DNA of 64,000 bases from an uncultured delta proteobacterium (GCA_963727445.1 CAVSGI010000010.1:544001-608000), one strand, 5' to 3'; positions 23,251 to 33,175 are shown, counted from the first letter of the stretch. The notes: generated by a model from the letters alone, not told the origin. Program-made: numbers and translations.

Positions 23251-24217
23251 GCGCCGACGCGAAGCTTCGAACCACCTCTTCCACGGGCTCGATGGTGTCG
23301 ATGGTCTCGACGCTCCTGCCCGCCTGGAAGTAATCCTTGTAGCTCGCTCCCTTCAGGGAGGCGCTCTTGAGCTGAAGCAGGCTCCGGAGCGAGTAGAACG
23401 AACGCATCCAGTGCTTTGCGCGCGGATGGCGCAAGAGGCGCCGCGCGATAGGGCCGGCCTTCACCCCGACCGCCTCGATGTACGGCGTCTTGATCACCGC
23501 CACCGGGACGCCGCTGATGCGATCCGTCAGCACGATGTCCTTCGCCTTGGCCTCGACGATCGCCCGCTTGTAATCGTCGTGGGCGCGGCACTCGCGGGTG
23601 GCGATGAAGCGGGTGCCCATCTGCACGCCCGCGTAACCGAGCGCGAGGGCGTCGGCGAAGGCCCCTGGGCTCCCGACCCCGCCCGCGCACACCAGCGGGA
23701 CGCCGAGATCGGAGAGCTCTTCGAAGAGGACGGCGGCGCTCCTCGAGCCGGCGTGGCCGCCGGCCGCGTCGTTGACGCAGATGAGGCCGTCGACGTCGTA
23801 TTCGAGCGCACGCTCTGCCCATTTGCGCTCGGTCACGTCGTGGTAGACGACGCCACCCACGGCGTGGACCTTCTGCACCACCCAGTCGGGCTTGCCGAGG
23901 GCGGTCACGAAGAAGCGCACGCCCTCCTCGAGGGCGATGTCCACCCAGCGGCGCATGCGATCGAGGTAGACCTTCGAGGACTGCTCGACGATGGCGTTGA
24001 ACCCGATGGGCTTGTCGGTGAGCGCGCGGATCTGGCGGAGGCCCGCGCGGAGATCCCGCCCGTGGCCGTGCACGTAGGTGAGCGAGATCGGCTGCACCAC
24101 GCCGATGGCGCCCGCCTCCGACGCGGCCGCCACCAGCTCGGGATTCGAGCAGGGATACATCGCCCCGCAGATGAGGGGCACCTCGATGCCGAGGGCTCGG
24201 GTCAGGGGTGTTTCCAT
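23243..24217 (-). CDS. Nitronate monooxygenase / FabK-like flavoprotein
   Basis: PLICGAM, AGGHAG, LVCAGG, GVQMGTRFIAT.EC. Confidence 0.9.
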   Translation of the reverse strand: METPLTRALGIEVPLICGAMYPCSNPELVAAASEAGAIGVVQPISLTYVHGHGRDLRAGLRQIRALTDKPIGFNAIVEQSSKVYLDRMRRWVDIALEEGVRFFVTALGKPDWVVQKVHAVGGVVYHDVTERKWAERALEYDVDGLICVNDAAGGHAGSRSAAVLFEELSDLGVPLVCAGGVGSPGAFADALALGYAGVQMGTRFIATRECRAHDDYKRAIVEAKAKDIVLTDRISGVPVAVIKTPYIEAVGVKAGPIARRLLRHPRAKHWMRSFYSLRSLLQLKSASLKGASYKDYFQAGRSVETIDTIEPVEEVVRSFASALS

Positions 24218-24218
24218 C

Positions 24219-26093
24219 TCAGCTCCTGATGTGCGCGATCACGTCGGCCATCACCGCGTCGTCGTCGTCGAAGCCGCCGTGGGTCGTCACCTGCGCGAGG
24301 GGGCCGGGGAGGGCGGCGTGGGTGATGCGTTCGCGGGCGGCGCGCGGCAGCCCGGCGAGCATCGGGGTGAAGGACTCCTCGAGGCCGAGGATCGGGGTGG
24401 TGATGCCGCGCTCGAAGGAGCGCGAGACCAGGTACAGGAGCGAGCGGCCGTAGCCGAGGATCGGCCGGCAGGTCGGGTCCCGCGCTTCCGCCGCCTTCGA
24501 CAAATGGAGCTGCCGGTAGCGCTTCACCGCGCCGCTCTCGAGGTGTGGCACCACGCACTCCTCGAAGAGGTCGACGCGCGCCGCGGGCGCCATGAAAGAG
24601 ACGCTCTCGAAACGCAGCCCGACGCCCACCAGGCGGTCGAGGAGGTGCGCGTGCAGGATCGAGCCCGCCGAATGACCGATGAGGTGCAGGCGCACGTCCG
24701 CTGGATCGACCACGCCCCGGCTCGCCTCGTAGAGGAGCACGCCGCCGGCAGTGTCGTGCGCGCTGATCAGATCGGCGTTCTCCTTCATCTCTGCCCACAC
24801 GCGGGTCCCGGGCCCGGCCAAGAGCCCCTCGATGCGCCGGTTCAAGAAGCGCTGGATCTGATCGCGGAGGCCCGCGGTGGGCCGTCGGACGCCGAAGGCG
24901 TCGGCGAGGGTGTCGGCGATCTCGTTCTTCAGCGTCGAGAAGAGATCCGTCTCCCACATGAAGAAGATGGGGAAGACCCCCGCGTCGTAGAGCCCCGGGA
25001 TCCACTTCGCGGCCGTCTTCGCCGCGTCTTTTTCGCCGACCAGCCCGCCGTGGGCGTAGAGGGCGATGTCGATCGGCCCCTTCCCGATCTTCTTCCGCTT
25101 CTTCTTCACGAAGGCCGGCAGCGACACCCGCCAGATGGCGTCGAGGTCCGCCCTCGTCGTGCGGAACCGTCCGCTTCGCGACAGTCGCCCGTCGTTCTGC
25201 ACGTCGACGATGAGCGGGGTGAGCTCCTTGTTGCGCAGCTCTTCGGTGGGCGCGAGGGTGACGTGCCCCTCGTGGTCCGTTCGAAGGGTGCGCGCGCTCG
25301 CCACGGCGCGGTGCTGCTCGGTGACGACGCCCAGCTGCACCACCCAGCAGTCCATGGCGCTCTCGAGCCAGTCTTCGTAGCGCAGGCGCGCGAAGCCGTC
25401 GTCGCCCCAGCCCCGGCCCCAGGAGTTCAAGACGAAGAAGCCGGCCGCGTCGTAGCCGACGATCACGAAGGCGTGACCGGGGTCGTCGTCGCTCGCGGGA
25501 TGGATCGGGATCGTCCAGTCCGCGCGCGCCTTCTTCTTCAGGGTGAAGCCCGTGTCCCAGCCCGTGTGGCAGACGGCGCTCGCGTAGAGCACCCCCACCT
25601 CGTTCAGCGCCACCTGCATGTCGGTGACCGATCGCGAGTCGACGCGGTAGTACGCCCCGAGGGGACGGTTCGCCGCGTCCTGCCACCAGTCGGGCCCATG
25701 CGTGGGCGTCGCGGGCTTCTCGAACGTCTCCCAGAGCGACTCGGCACAGACGCCGTGGCGAAACCACCCTTTGAGCGCCGCGCGCACAGACGAACCGGTG
25801 TCCTCGTCCTGGGGGGCGTCGATGTCGTCGTAGCGACGCGCCATCGAATACATCATGAACGCCGAGACCGGCGTCTCCTCGTCCCGCCCGGCCTCTTGGA
25901 GGAGAAAATCGACGACGGTCGCCAGGGCGAATCCGGTGCACGCGCCTGTCTCCCCCTGGTCCCGGTCCGGGATCCACCGGTTCTCCCACGAGAAGAGAAA
26001 GCTCGGCGGACAGATCGAGACCTCCGGCTGGTAGGGGCGATCGCGGACGTCCAACCGGTCCGGGACCACGTTCAGCTTGCGCGCTCTGCTCAT
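24219..26093 (-). CDS. C1 (papain-like) peptidase fused to an alpha/beta-hydrolase-like domain
   Basis: DQG..GACTGFA, GHAFVIVGY, NSWG; C-terminal YAHGG and LIGHSAG. Confidence 0.85.
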   Translation of the reverse strand: MSRARKLNVVPDRLDVRDRPYQPEVSICPPSFLFSWENRWIPDRDQGETGACTGFALATVVDFLLQEAGRDEETPVSAFMMYSMARRYDDIDAPQDEDTGSSVRAALKGWFRHGVCAESLWETFEKPATPTHGPDWWQDAANRPLGAYYRVDSRSVTDMQVALNEVGVLYASAVCHTGWDTGFTLKKKARADWTIPIHPASDDDPGHAFVIVGYDAAGFFVLNSWGRGWGDDGFARLRYEDWLESAMDCWVVQLGVVTEQHRAVASARTLRTDHEGHVTLAPTEELRNKELTPLIVDVQNDGRLSRSGRFRTTRADLDAIWRVSLPAFVKKKRKKIGKGPIDIALYAHGGLVGEKDAAKTAAKWIPGLYDAGVFPIFFMWETDLFSTLKNEIADTLADAFGVRRPTAGLRDQIQRFLNRRIEGLLAGPGTRVWAEMKENADLISAHDTAGGVLLYEASRGVVDPADVRLHLIGHSAGSILHAHLLDRLVGVGLRFESVSFMAPAARVDLFEECVVPHLESGAVKRYRQLHLSKAAEARDPTCRPILGYGRSLLYLVSRSFERGITTPILGLEESFTPMLAGLPRAARERITHAALPGPLAQVTTHGGFDDDDAVMADVIAHIRS

Positions 26094-26199
26094 CGTTCCC
26101 CCTTCGACAATCCCGCGGAGAATGCCGAATCACCCCCCGAAGGCCAGTGAAATTGCGGAGGAGTTGATCCTCTGACTCAGCGCGTTACCCTTCCCCCGG

Positions 26200-27681
26200 A
26201 TGAAGCGCGACCGACAGCGGAGACTCACGTCTCGTCTGCTGCTCGTGACGGTCGTCGGGGTATCTTTCGGAGCCTTGGCCTTCGCGGGCGCGCAGGAGCC
26301 CGCAGCCTTGCCCGCTGCGCCGACCTCCAGAGCAGTGGCGGCGCCGGCCACCGCGACCGCGGTGCAGAGCCAGCAGCCCCCCGAGTGGGTGCACGCGCCG
26401 ATCTTCGACGGGACGAGCGAGCCCGCGGCGGGCTTCGACATGTACGCGCTCGCCCGCTACCACAACTCGCCGGTCTTCGCGACCGTGCGGGCGAACCCCT
26501 TCGGCCTCGGCATCGCCCGCCGCGGCGCCCAGCTTCGCGCGCGCTACGTCGGTGAAGGCCCGGGTTGCGAAGGCGGGCGCTGGTACGCGCTCGAAGCCGG
26601 CGGCGTCGTCTGCTCGACTCAGGGCTTCCGCGTGCGGAGCGAGGAGCAGGAGCTCGCCGGGGACGAAGGCGCTCCACCCGATCTCTCCGCGCTCCTGCCC
26701 TACCGCTACGGGCGCGTGACCACCCGCGACACCTATCGTTTCGAGGAGCTTCCCTCGCAGGCGGATCTCGATCGGCTGGCCGAGGGGCGGAATCTTCCCG
26801 GGCTCGCAGAGAAGCTCGACGGCGACTACTTCGTCACCATCGACGGCGAGGTGGAGCACGAGGGGCGACGCTACGTCCGCACAGTCTCCGGTCGCTACGT
26901 GCTGGCCGAGCACGTGGGTCCCACCGCCTCCACCAACCTCCACGGTGAGCTCTTCGCCGAAGATCAGTCCCTCCCCATCGCCTTCGTCATCGACGAGGAG
27001 GTGCCCCGCTACCGCGTGTCGAACGATGCGCTGCGCGAGGACGGCACCGCGGACAAGTACAGCCGCTTCGTGCCGACGAGCATCGTCCACCGCGGCGACA
27101 CCACCTGCGTCCTCGGTGAGGATGGGTTCTGCATTCCCCGGGAGTCGGTGCGCGTCGCCTGGCAGATCGATCGCCCCGAAGACGTGCCCGAGGGTGAGAA
27201 GTGGGTGCACGTGAACCTGCCGGAGCAGACCCTGGTCGCTTACGAGGGAGACCGCCCGGTCTTCGCCACCGTGATCACCAGCGGCAAAGAGGGCTACGAA
27301 ACGCCCACTGGCACCTACCGCGTCGCGCACAAGTACGTGTCGATCCGGATGAGCGGCGAGACTCCCGTGGAGGGCGTCTACGACGTCGACGAGGTCCCGT
27401 GGACTCAGTACTACTACCGCAGTTACGCGCTTCACGGCGCCTACTGGCACGACGGCTTCGGCCGCGTTCGAAGCCACGGCTGCACCAACATCGCCCCCGC
27501 CGATGCCCGCTGGCTCTACCGCTGGACGACGCCGGTGGTGCCCGACGGATGGCACGGCCGCCGGGAAGAGGGCACCTGGGTGCACAACACCGAGCTCGAC
27601 AGCCCGCCGCTGGGTGAGCTCGGCGGTAGCGCCGAGGCGTCGGCCGAACAAGCTGCTCCGGCCGAGTCTTCAGACTCCTGA
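26200..27681 (+). CDS. L,D-transpeptidase (YkuD domain)
   Basis: VNL.EQTLVAYEG, ALHGAYWH, SHGCTN; signal peptide. Confidence 0.92.
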   Translation: MKRDRQRRLTSRLLLVTVVGVSFGALAFAGAQEPAALPAAPTSRAVAAPATATAVQSQQPPEWVHAPIFDGTSEPAAGFDMYALARYHNSPVFATVRANPFGLGIARRGAQLRARYVGEGPGCEGGRWYALEAGGVVCSTQGFRVRSEEQELAGDEGAPPDLSALLPYRYGRVTTRDTYRFEELPSQADLDRLAEGRNLPGLAEKLDGDYFVTIDGEVEHEGRRYVRTVSGRYVLAEHVGPTASTNLHGELFAEDQSLPIAFVIDEEVPRYRVSNDALREDGTADKYSRFVPTSIVHRGDTTCVLGEDGFCIPRESVRVAWQIDRPEDVPEGEKWVHVNLPEQTLVAYEGDRPVFATVITSGKEGYETPTGTYRVAHKYVSIRMSGETPVEGVYDVDEVPWTQYYYRSYALHGAYWHDGFGRVRSHGCTNIAPADARWLYRWTTPVVPDGWHGRREEGTWVHNTELDSPPLGELGGSAEASAEQAAPAESSDS

Positions 27682-28638
27682 GGGCATCTGGTGGGTGACG
27701 TAGGTCGGCACCGGCCAATCCACCGGATGGCTCGGCGCATAGCCCAGCACCTCTTCGGCGCGTGAGCCGTCGAGCACGCCGCTGAAGTGAAAGCGGTAGC
27801 GGTTGGTGCTGTAGCGGAACTCGAAGCCGCGGGTGATCGAGCGCAGCGAATAGAGCGGACCGAGCACCGGGCCGGGGAGCGCGAGCTCCCGTTTGCCGAA
27901 AGCGGCGATGGCGGCGGAGAGGGGCAGCACGTCCTTGCCGGGGATGTTGAAGATGCCGAGCGCGTCGCTACGGAGGGCGAGCAGCTGCGCTTCGACCACG
28001 TCGTCGATGCTCAAGACGTTGAGCATGGGGTCGAATCCGAGCGGGCGCAGGCAGACGCGCGACGACAGATAGTCGTGGAGCTGGCTCCCGCAATGCGGCG
28101 CGAAGATCTCCGCACACCTGAGGACCACGATGGACATGGGGCTCATCCCCATGCGCGAGCAGACCATCAGGTCCGCCTCCACGCGGTCGCGGACGCCCTG
28201 AGGGAGCCACGAGCCGAGCTCGAGGGGGTGATCTTCGCCGATGAGCTGCGGCAGCTCGGGCGCGATGCGGTAGACGTCCGAATAGCTCCGGTACACGAAG
28301 CGCTCGATCGTGGGGTGACGCTCGGCGAGGTGGAGCATTTCCCGGGTGCTCTCCACGTTGAGGTCGTGGATCCTCCGGCCCCGGTCCGTCGCCTTTCGAT
28401 GGAGGGCCGAGTGGACGACGGCCGTCACGCCCAGATCCCGCGCTTCGCCGAAGAGGAGCTCGCGGACACGCCGAGCGCGGGTCAGGTCGACGCGGTGGTA
28501 GTGCAGGCTGTCGTGAGGCGCGAAGGGCCACGCCTCCTCTGCCGCGACGGCGAGCACGGTGCGGCCCTCGGCGAGCAGTCTCTGGACGAGCGCTCGCCCG
28601 GCGGGCGTGGTGGCGCCGCTGACGAGCACCGCGGTCAC
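27670..28638 (-). CDS. NAD-dependent epimerase/dehydratase family protein
   Basis: Extended SDR-like fold (VLVSGATT..G, VVHSA, FNIPG) with a degenerate YxxxK. Confidence 0.75.
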   Translation of the reverse strand: MTAVLVSGATTPAGRALVQRLLAEGRTVLAVAAEEAWPFAPHDSLHYHRVDLTRARRVRELLFGEARDLGVTAVVHSALHRKATDRGRRIHDLNVESTREMLHLAERHPTIERFVYRSYSDVYRIAPELPQLIGEDHPLELGSWLPQGVRDRVEADLMVCSRMGMSPMSIVVLRCAEIFAPHCGSQLHDYLSSRVCLRPLGFDPMLNVLSIDDVVEAQLLALRSDALGIFNIPGKDVLPLSAAIAAFGKRELALPGPVLGPLYSLRSITRGFEFRYSTNRYRFHFSGVLDGSRAEEVLGYAPSHPVDWPVPTYVTHQMPSGV

Positions 28639-29477
28639 CAGAACACCGCCGGCCGTTCTTGGAGGCCTCGGTCGATCATCGCCTGCACCGTCTTCTGGAC
28701 CCGGTCGGCGGCCGCGCGACAGACGTCCGGGTTGTCGGCGTCGCTGGGCGCGTGACGGTCGTGCAGGTGGATGGGCTCACCATAGTGGATTCGGTAGCGC
28801 ACGGGGAGCGGCACCGGCGACGCGGGCACGGGCACGAAGGGAGCACCGAAGGGGTGGATGTCGAGGCGCGCGAGCTGCACGAACTGCTCTTCGGCGCCGA
28901 TGATCGCGACGGGGATGATCGGCGCGCGGTGTCGAATTGCGAGCTCGGCGTGACCCACGCGAAATGGCGTCAGCTGATAGCGGTCTTTGAAGGGCTTCGA
29001 GATGCCCGGGATGCCTTCCGGGAAGATGCCGAGGAGCTCTCCGTCCGACAGGAGGCGTCTCACCGTGCCGCGTGCGCCGCTCACTCCGCCGCCGCGCGCG
29101 AAGAGGCTGCTCACGAAGGGAAGCTTGGGGACGAAGGTGTCCATCACGATCCGCGGCACGCGCGGGGGGTAGGTCTTCTGGACGACGTCCAGATAGAGCA
29201 TGAGGGCGTCGATGGGGATCATCCCCGAGTGGTTGGCGCAGAGGATCGCCGCGCCCGTCTGAGGCACGTTCTCGATCCCGCGTGACTCCACCCGGAAGTA
29301 TTTCGAGTAGGCGCCCTCGAGGAGGCCGACCGCCATCCGCACCCAGTCGGGGTGCATTCCCAGGCGGTCGTACCCATGGCCGGCGTCCTGGTAGGAGATG
29401 TGTTTGAGACGTTGGTTCGTCTCACGCGGCAGGAGCAGCCGGGCCAGCGCGCGTGGAATGGTGGGCGGTGCGATCAT
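28635..29477 (-). CDS. Lysophospholipid acyltransferase (PlsC family)
   Basis: NHSG..P.D, FPEG, PIIPVAIIG. Confidence 0.88.
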   Translation of the reverse strand: MIAPPTIPRALARLLLPRETNQRLKHISYQDAGHGYDRLGMHPDWVRMAVGLLEGAYSKYFRVESRGIENVPQTGAAILCANHSGMIPIDALMLYLDVVQKTYPPRVPRIVMDTFVPKLPFVSSLFARGGGVSGARGTVRRLLSDGELLGIFPEGIPGISKPFKDRYQLTPFRVGHAELAIRHRAPIIPVAIIGAEEQFVQLARLDIHPFGAPFVPVPASPVPLPVRYRIHYGEPIHLHDRHAPSDADNPDVCRAAADRVQKTVQAMIDRGLQERPAVFW

Positions 29478-29513
29478 CGCTTCCCCGTCAGGTGTGCACC
29501 GTCAGGCGCGGGG

Positions 29514-30284
29514 CTACCCACGACGAAACCCCATCGCGTAACCGCCCCACACCTTCGCGGCGGGCTCGCGCTGGCGCCTCGAAAAGCCCCCACCGTCCTT
29601 TTCCACCCAGAGCGTGACGTCCCCGAAGCCGGCGGCCTCCATCGCCGCCGCCGTCTCTCGGAAGTCCCTCACCCGAAAACGGTACGTGAAGGCCTCGCGG
29701 AGCTCCCGTCCGTCCTCGAGACGGAAGTGGATGAAGGCCTCGAGCGTTCGGAGCGCGTCATCGTACCGGCGCTGCTCCCATAGATAGGTGAACCCTCGTT
29801 GCGGGTGCGTGTGGAGGAGAGGGCGCCGAAGGTCCGCGCCCCCGAAGAGCTCGAGGGCGAGGAGTCCGTCGTCTTCGAGGCAGGCGTGCGCGGCCTGAAG
29901 GTAGTCCAGGAGGGCCTCGTCGTCGAAGAGAGCCCAGCTGTAGTTGCCGGCGGTGATCACGTCGAAGGTGCGGGCCGTGCGCTCGCGTGCGTCGGCGCAC
30001 AGGAGCGTGAAGCGCGCAGCTTCGTCTTCGTCGAGGGGCGCGCGGTTCATCGCCTCGGCCGCGGCCAGGATCTGGGGATCGCTGTCCACCCCGAAGGCGA
30101 CGCGATCGGCGTCACTCTCGACCCAGTGACGACACAGGAGCGCCGTGCCGCAGAAGTCCTCCCGGAGGCTCATCGCCTCGCGGCCGCCGTCGGCGCGGAA
30201 GATGCGCTCGAAGAGCGCGATCTCGATCTCGGGCGTCTGCACCGCCGCCTCGTAGAGCCGGTGTCGCTCGAAGGCATCGCTCAT
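29514..30284 (-). CDS. Class I SAM-dependent methyltransferase
   Basis: LYE.AVQ.P, LREDFCGTA, GVDSD, FDVI; ATGA overlap with the upstream gene. Confidence 0.82.
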   Translation of the reverse strand: MSDAFERHRLYEAAVQTPEIEIALFERIFRADGGREAMSLREDFCGTALLCRHWVESDADRVAFGVDSDPQILAAAEAMNRAPLDEDEAARFTLLCADARERTARTFDVITAGNYSWALFDDEALLDYLQAAHACLEDDGLLALELFGGADLRRPLLHTHPQRGFTYLWEQRRYDDALRTLEAFIHFRLEDGRELREAFTYRFRVRDFRETAAAMEAAGFGDVTLWVEKDGGGFSRRQREPAAKVWGGYAMGFRRG

Positions 30285-31138
30285 CTCGCGGGCCCTGCCC
30301 AGACGAAGAGATCGGACCAGGCAGACGTCTCTCGCAAGAGGCTCTCGAGCCAGGAGAGCGGGACGCTGAGGGCTTTCGCGGTCTCTGCCAGGCGCGGGAA
30401 GAGCGCGCGGCCCAACGGATAGCGATGAAGGCGCGGCTTTCGCGTGACCTCGGAGAGGCCCGCGGCGGAGAGCATCTCCATTGCGGCCCCGTGATCGAAG
30501 CTCCACGCCGCGTGATCGGCGTAGAGCAGATAGCTCTCCCGATCCCGCCGCAGCATCGAAAGGGCGAAGGCCACGAAAGGCGCGGCGTCGCCCGCGCTGC
30601 GGAAGGGATCGGTGACGACCGCGGCGGCGCGATGGACCAGCGCTTCGGGGACGCGATCCTCGAAGAAGTCTGCGCGATGGGTCGTGAGCGCGACGCCGCG
30701 CCGCGCTGCGGCTCCAGCGAGGAAGTCGAGGACCCGCGCGTCCAGATCGATGGCGTGCACCCCGTCGAGGCCGAGGAGCGCGAGGGCCAGCGACACGCCG
30801 TCGTCGTCGCCGAGCGCCACCACCGGGCCGGGCGCGCGCGCCACGTAGGCCGCCACCACCGTCGCGCGCCGCGCCACCGACGCGGGATCGATCAAGAGCT
30901 GCCCGAGCGACGGATCGGGGGCAGGGCGATCCGCGAGCAGCGCTTCGAGCTCGCGCGTGAGAGACGACGGCGCCGCTGCGCTCGCCTGCGCCTGCGCCTC
31001 CTCGTCGCGCAGCGTCTCTCGCGCCATCTCGATCAGCCAGTAGCCGAGCCAGCGCGGATCCTCGATCTCCGCGTCCTCGCCGGGATCGGGGGCGTCGAGC
31101 GCGGGCGCATCTTCGAGCAGCGCGGCGAGGCGGGACAA
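30281..31138 (-). CDS. BpsA-like (bis-aminopropyl spermidine synthase family) protein
   Basis: LGDDDGVSLAL, AIDLD.RVL.F, VTDP motifs of the BpsA C-terminal domain; AGAGG RBS before TTG. Confidence 0.72.
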   Translation of the reverse strand: MSRLAALLEDAPALDAPDPGEDAEIEDPRWLGYWLIEMARETLRDEEAQAQASAAAPSSLTRELEALLADRPAPDPSLGQLLIDPASVARRATVVAAYVARAPGPVVALGDDDGVSLALALLGLDGVHAIDLDARVLDFLAGAAARRGVALTTHRADFFEDRVPEALVHRAAAVVTDPFRSAGDAAPFVAFALSMLRRDRESYLLYADHAAWSFDHGAAMEMLSAAGLSEVTRKPRLHRYPLGRALFPRLAETAKALSVPLSWLESLLRETSAWSDLFVWAGPAR

Positions 31139-31150
31139 GTCGCCTCTAAT

Positions 31151-33175
31151 CTAGGCGCCGGACCACCAGATCGACTCGAGCTCGTCGACCAGGGTGCGGA
31201 TCAGCGTGCGCGGCGAGCGGTGCTCGCGGCTGAGGCGGGCGCGGTGCATGGGCCAGTCGGGGATGTCGACGGGACCGCGCACCGAACGATGGGTCCTCAG
31301 GACCTTGTCGGCGAGCTCCTCGCGCTGGCTTCGGGTCAGCGCCGGCACGTCCTCGGGCTTGAGCTGCCTGAGGCGGCGGCGGAAGAGGTCCACGTCCTCG
31401 ATGTCGAGGGTCGAAGCCATCTCGTCCGCTTCGTTCAACAGGCGGCTCGCCTCCTCGCCCAGCTCTTCGAAGGCGGGCGGGGTCATGGCCATCACCACCG
31501 CGGCGCCGGGGATCGCGCCGCCACAGTAGAAGGAGAGCGAACGCAGCGCGGTCCGCCGCACGGACCAGGGCAGGCCGCTGGTGTAGAGGTTCTCCGCCTC
31601 GTCGATGAGGATCACCGCGCCCTGGCAGCCCTCGAGGCGGCCGAGGAGCTCCACCCAGAGGAGGATCCGCCGGTAGGCGTCGCGCCGATAGCTGGTGCCG
31701 TTCTTGTCTTCGAGATCCTGCCCCGAGAGATACACCTCGAGCGCGGCGCCCGGGTCGGCGGCCTCCTCCGCGGTGCGCAATGCCTTCTGGGCGCCGGCGG
31801 CCTCCTCGGAGTCGCCCTCGGCGATCTCCTCGAGCTCCGCCATCAGCGCCCGGAGCTTGCGCGGGTTGCGGGTCCAGATGCTGGCGCGCTCGAGGGCGCT
31901 CGGCCGCCTGCGGATCGGCAGCACCGAATGCTCGAGGAGCCGCGACAGATGCCGCGCGGGATTGCCGAGGTCGAGGTTCATGCGCTCGAGGTTCAACCAG
32001 AAGACTGGCCGGTCCTCTTTGAGCGCGCGTTCCGCGAGGTGCATCAACAGGTGAGTCTTGCCGCTGCCGTACTCGCCCACCAGCACGGTGAAGACGCTCC
32101 CCGCCATGTCGACGTGGTGGAAGAGCCGGTCGATGGTGCGCTCGATCTTGTCGTGGCCGACGCTCATCGAGGCCACCGCCTCCAGCGGCGGCAGGCCCTG
32201 CGCCGTTCGGATGATCGAACGCATCGCGGCGCTCTTGTTCTCGGGCGGCGGCGAGATGCGGCGGTGGCGGTACTCGTAGGGCTCGCGGATCAACGAGGTC
32301 CAGGAGCGATGGGGCGGAGGCGGCTCGGCTTCCGACGGCACGGCGAGGCGCATCAGCAGCGGCGCGAGGGAACGGATGGAGCCTTCGCCTTCGAAGAAGG
32401 CGTCGGTCCCGGTGATGATCACCCGAGTGGCGATGGCGCCGTTGGCGCCGTCGAAGTTGTCCACCAGCTCGCGCAGCACGGTGTAGGCCTTCTCACGCTG
32501 CCGATCCGTGCGGCCAGCGATGGCGTCGCCGCGGCTCAGGAAGATCACCAGCCCGCGCTGCCCCAGGGCGCGCACGATCCGGCTCAGCTCTCCCAGAGCG
32601 CGCTGCGCGCTCCGGTCCGAGAGCGGGCGCCGCACGTCCGGATTCCGGTTGCGCCGCGCGGGCTCGACACCTTCGATCCAGGCTTCGAAGGCCCGATACT
32701 CACGCGTCGCCCCCGGGTCGTCGGAGGCCAGGTAGGCGTAGCAGAGCGCCATCAGATCGCCCTCGGCGCTCTCCGCCTCGGCCGCCTCCCGGAAGCGCTC
32801 GGCGCTCTTTCGGCCGTGCTTCTCGGCGTAGGTGTCCAGCATCCAGAGAAGACCCCGGGGCCGCCGATCGTCGGGCGGGACCAGGCGGTCGAGGATCTCT
32901 CGCACCAGGTCCTCGGGCGTGTCCGGGCTGTGCTCTTCGAGGCTGACCTCGGCGGTGACGAAACGGCGCTTTCGGGCGCGCTTCGCCAGCTTTCGCACCA
33001 GAGACCGCTCTCGCCCGCTGCTTGGACAGTGGACCAGGGAGACGCTCGAGGCTCCACAGATGTGGAGGTCGGAGAGGGACTGATCGAGGCGCGCGAGCTC
33101 GTCCTCGACCGTGGTCACGGATTGGGGGCCAGGGGAGCCATTCGAGGAGCCATCCACCCGAGCGGGGTACCGCAT
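31151..33175 (-). CDS. Tandem BrxD/DUF2791-like P-loop ATPase (degenerate N-terminal copy, intact C-terminal copy)
   Basis: Domain 2: SVG...GEYGSGKTHL, ILIDEAE. Domain 1: REKAY..LRELVD and ITGT.AFFEG...L.PL..RL, but no Walker motifs. Start uncertain. Confidence 0.78.
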   Translation of the reverse strand: MRYPARVDGSSNGSPGPQSVTTVEDELARLDQSLSDLHICGASSVSLVHCPSSGRERSLVRKLAKRARKRRFVTAEVSLEEHSPDTPEDLVREILDRLVPPDDRRPRGLLWMLDTYAEKHGRKSAERFREAAEAESAEGDLMALCYAYLASDDPGATREYRAFEAWIEGVEPARRNRNPDVRRPLSDRSAQRALGELSRIVRALGQRGLVIFLSRGDAIAGRTDRQREKAYTVLRELVDNFDGANGAIATRVIITGTDAFFEGEGSIRSLAPLLMRLAVPSEAEPPPPHRSWTSLIREPYEYRHRRISPPPENKSAAMRSIIRTAQGLPPLEAVASMSVGHDKIERTIDRLFHHVDMAGSVFTVLVGEYGSGKTHLLMHLAERALKEDRPVFWLNLERMNLDLGNPARHLSRLLEHSVLPIRRRPSALERASIWTRNPRKLRALMAELEEIAEGDSEEAAGAQKALRTAEEAADPGAALEVYLSGQDLEDKNGTSYRRDAYRRILLWVELLGRLEGCQGAVILIDEAENLYTSGLPWSVRRTALRSLSFYCGGAIPGAAVVMAMTPPAFEELGEEASRLLNEADEMASTLDIEDVDLFRRRLRQLKPEDVPALTRSQREELADKVLRTHRSVRGPVDIPDWPMHRARLSREHRSPRTLIRTLVDELESIWWSGA

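Noticed and set aside
29514..33175. Complete BREX system
   Set aside because: No pglZ, brxC/pglY, pglX or brxHI in the window; only a BrxD-like domain
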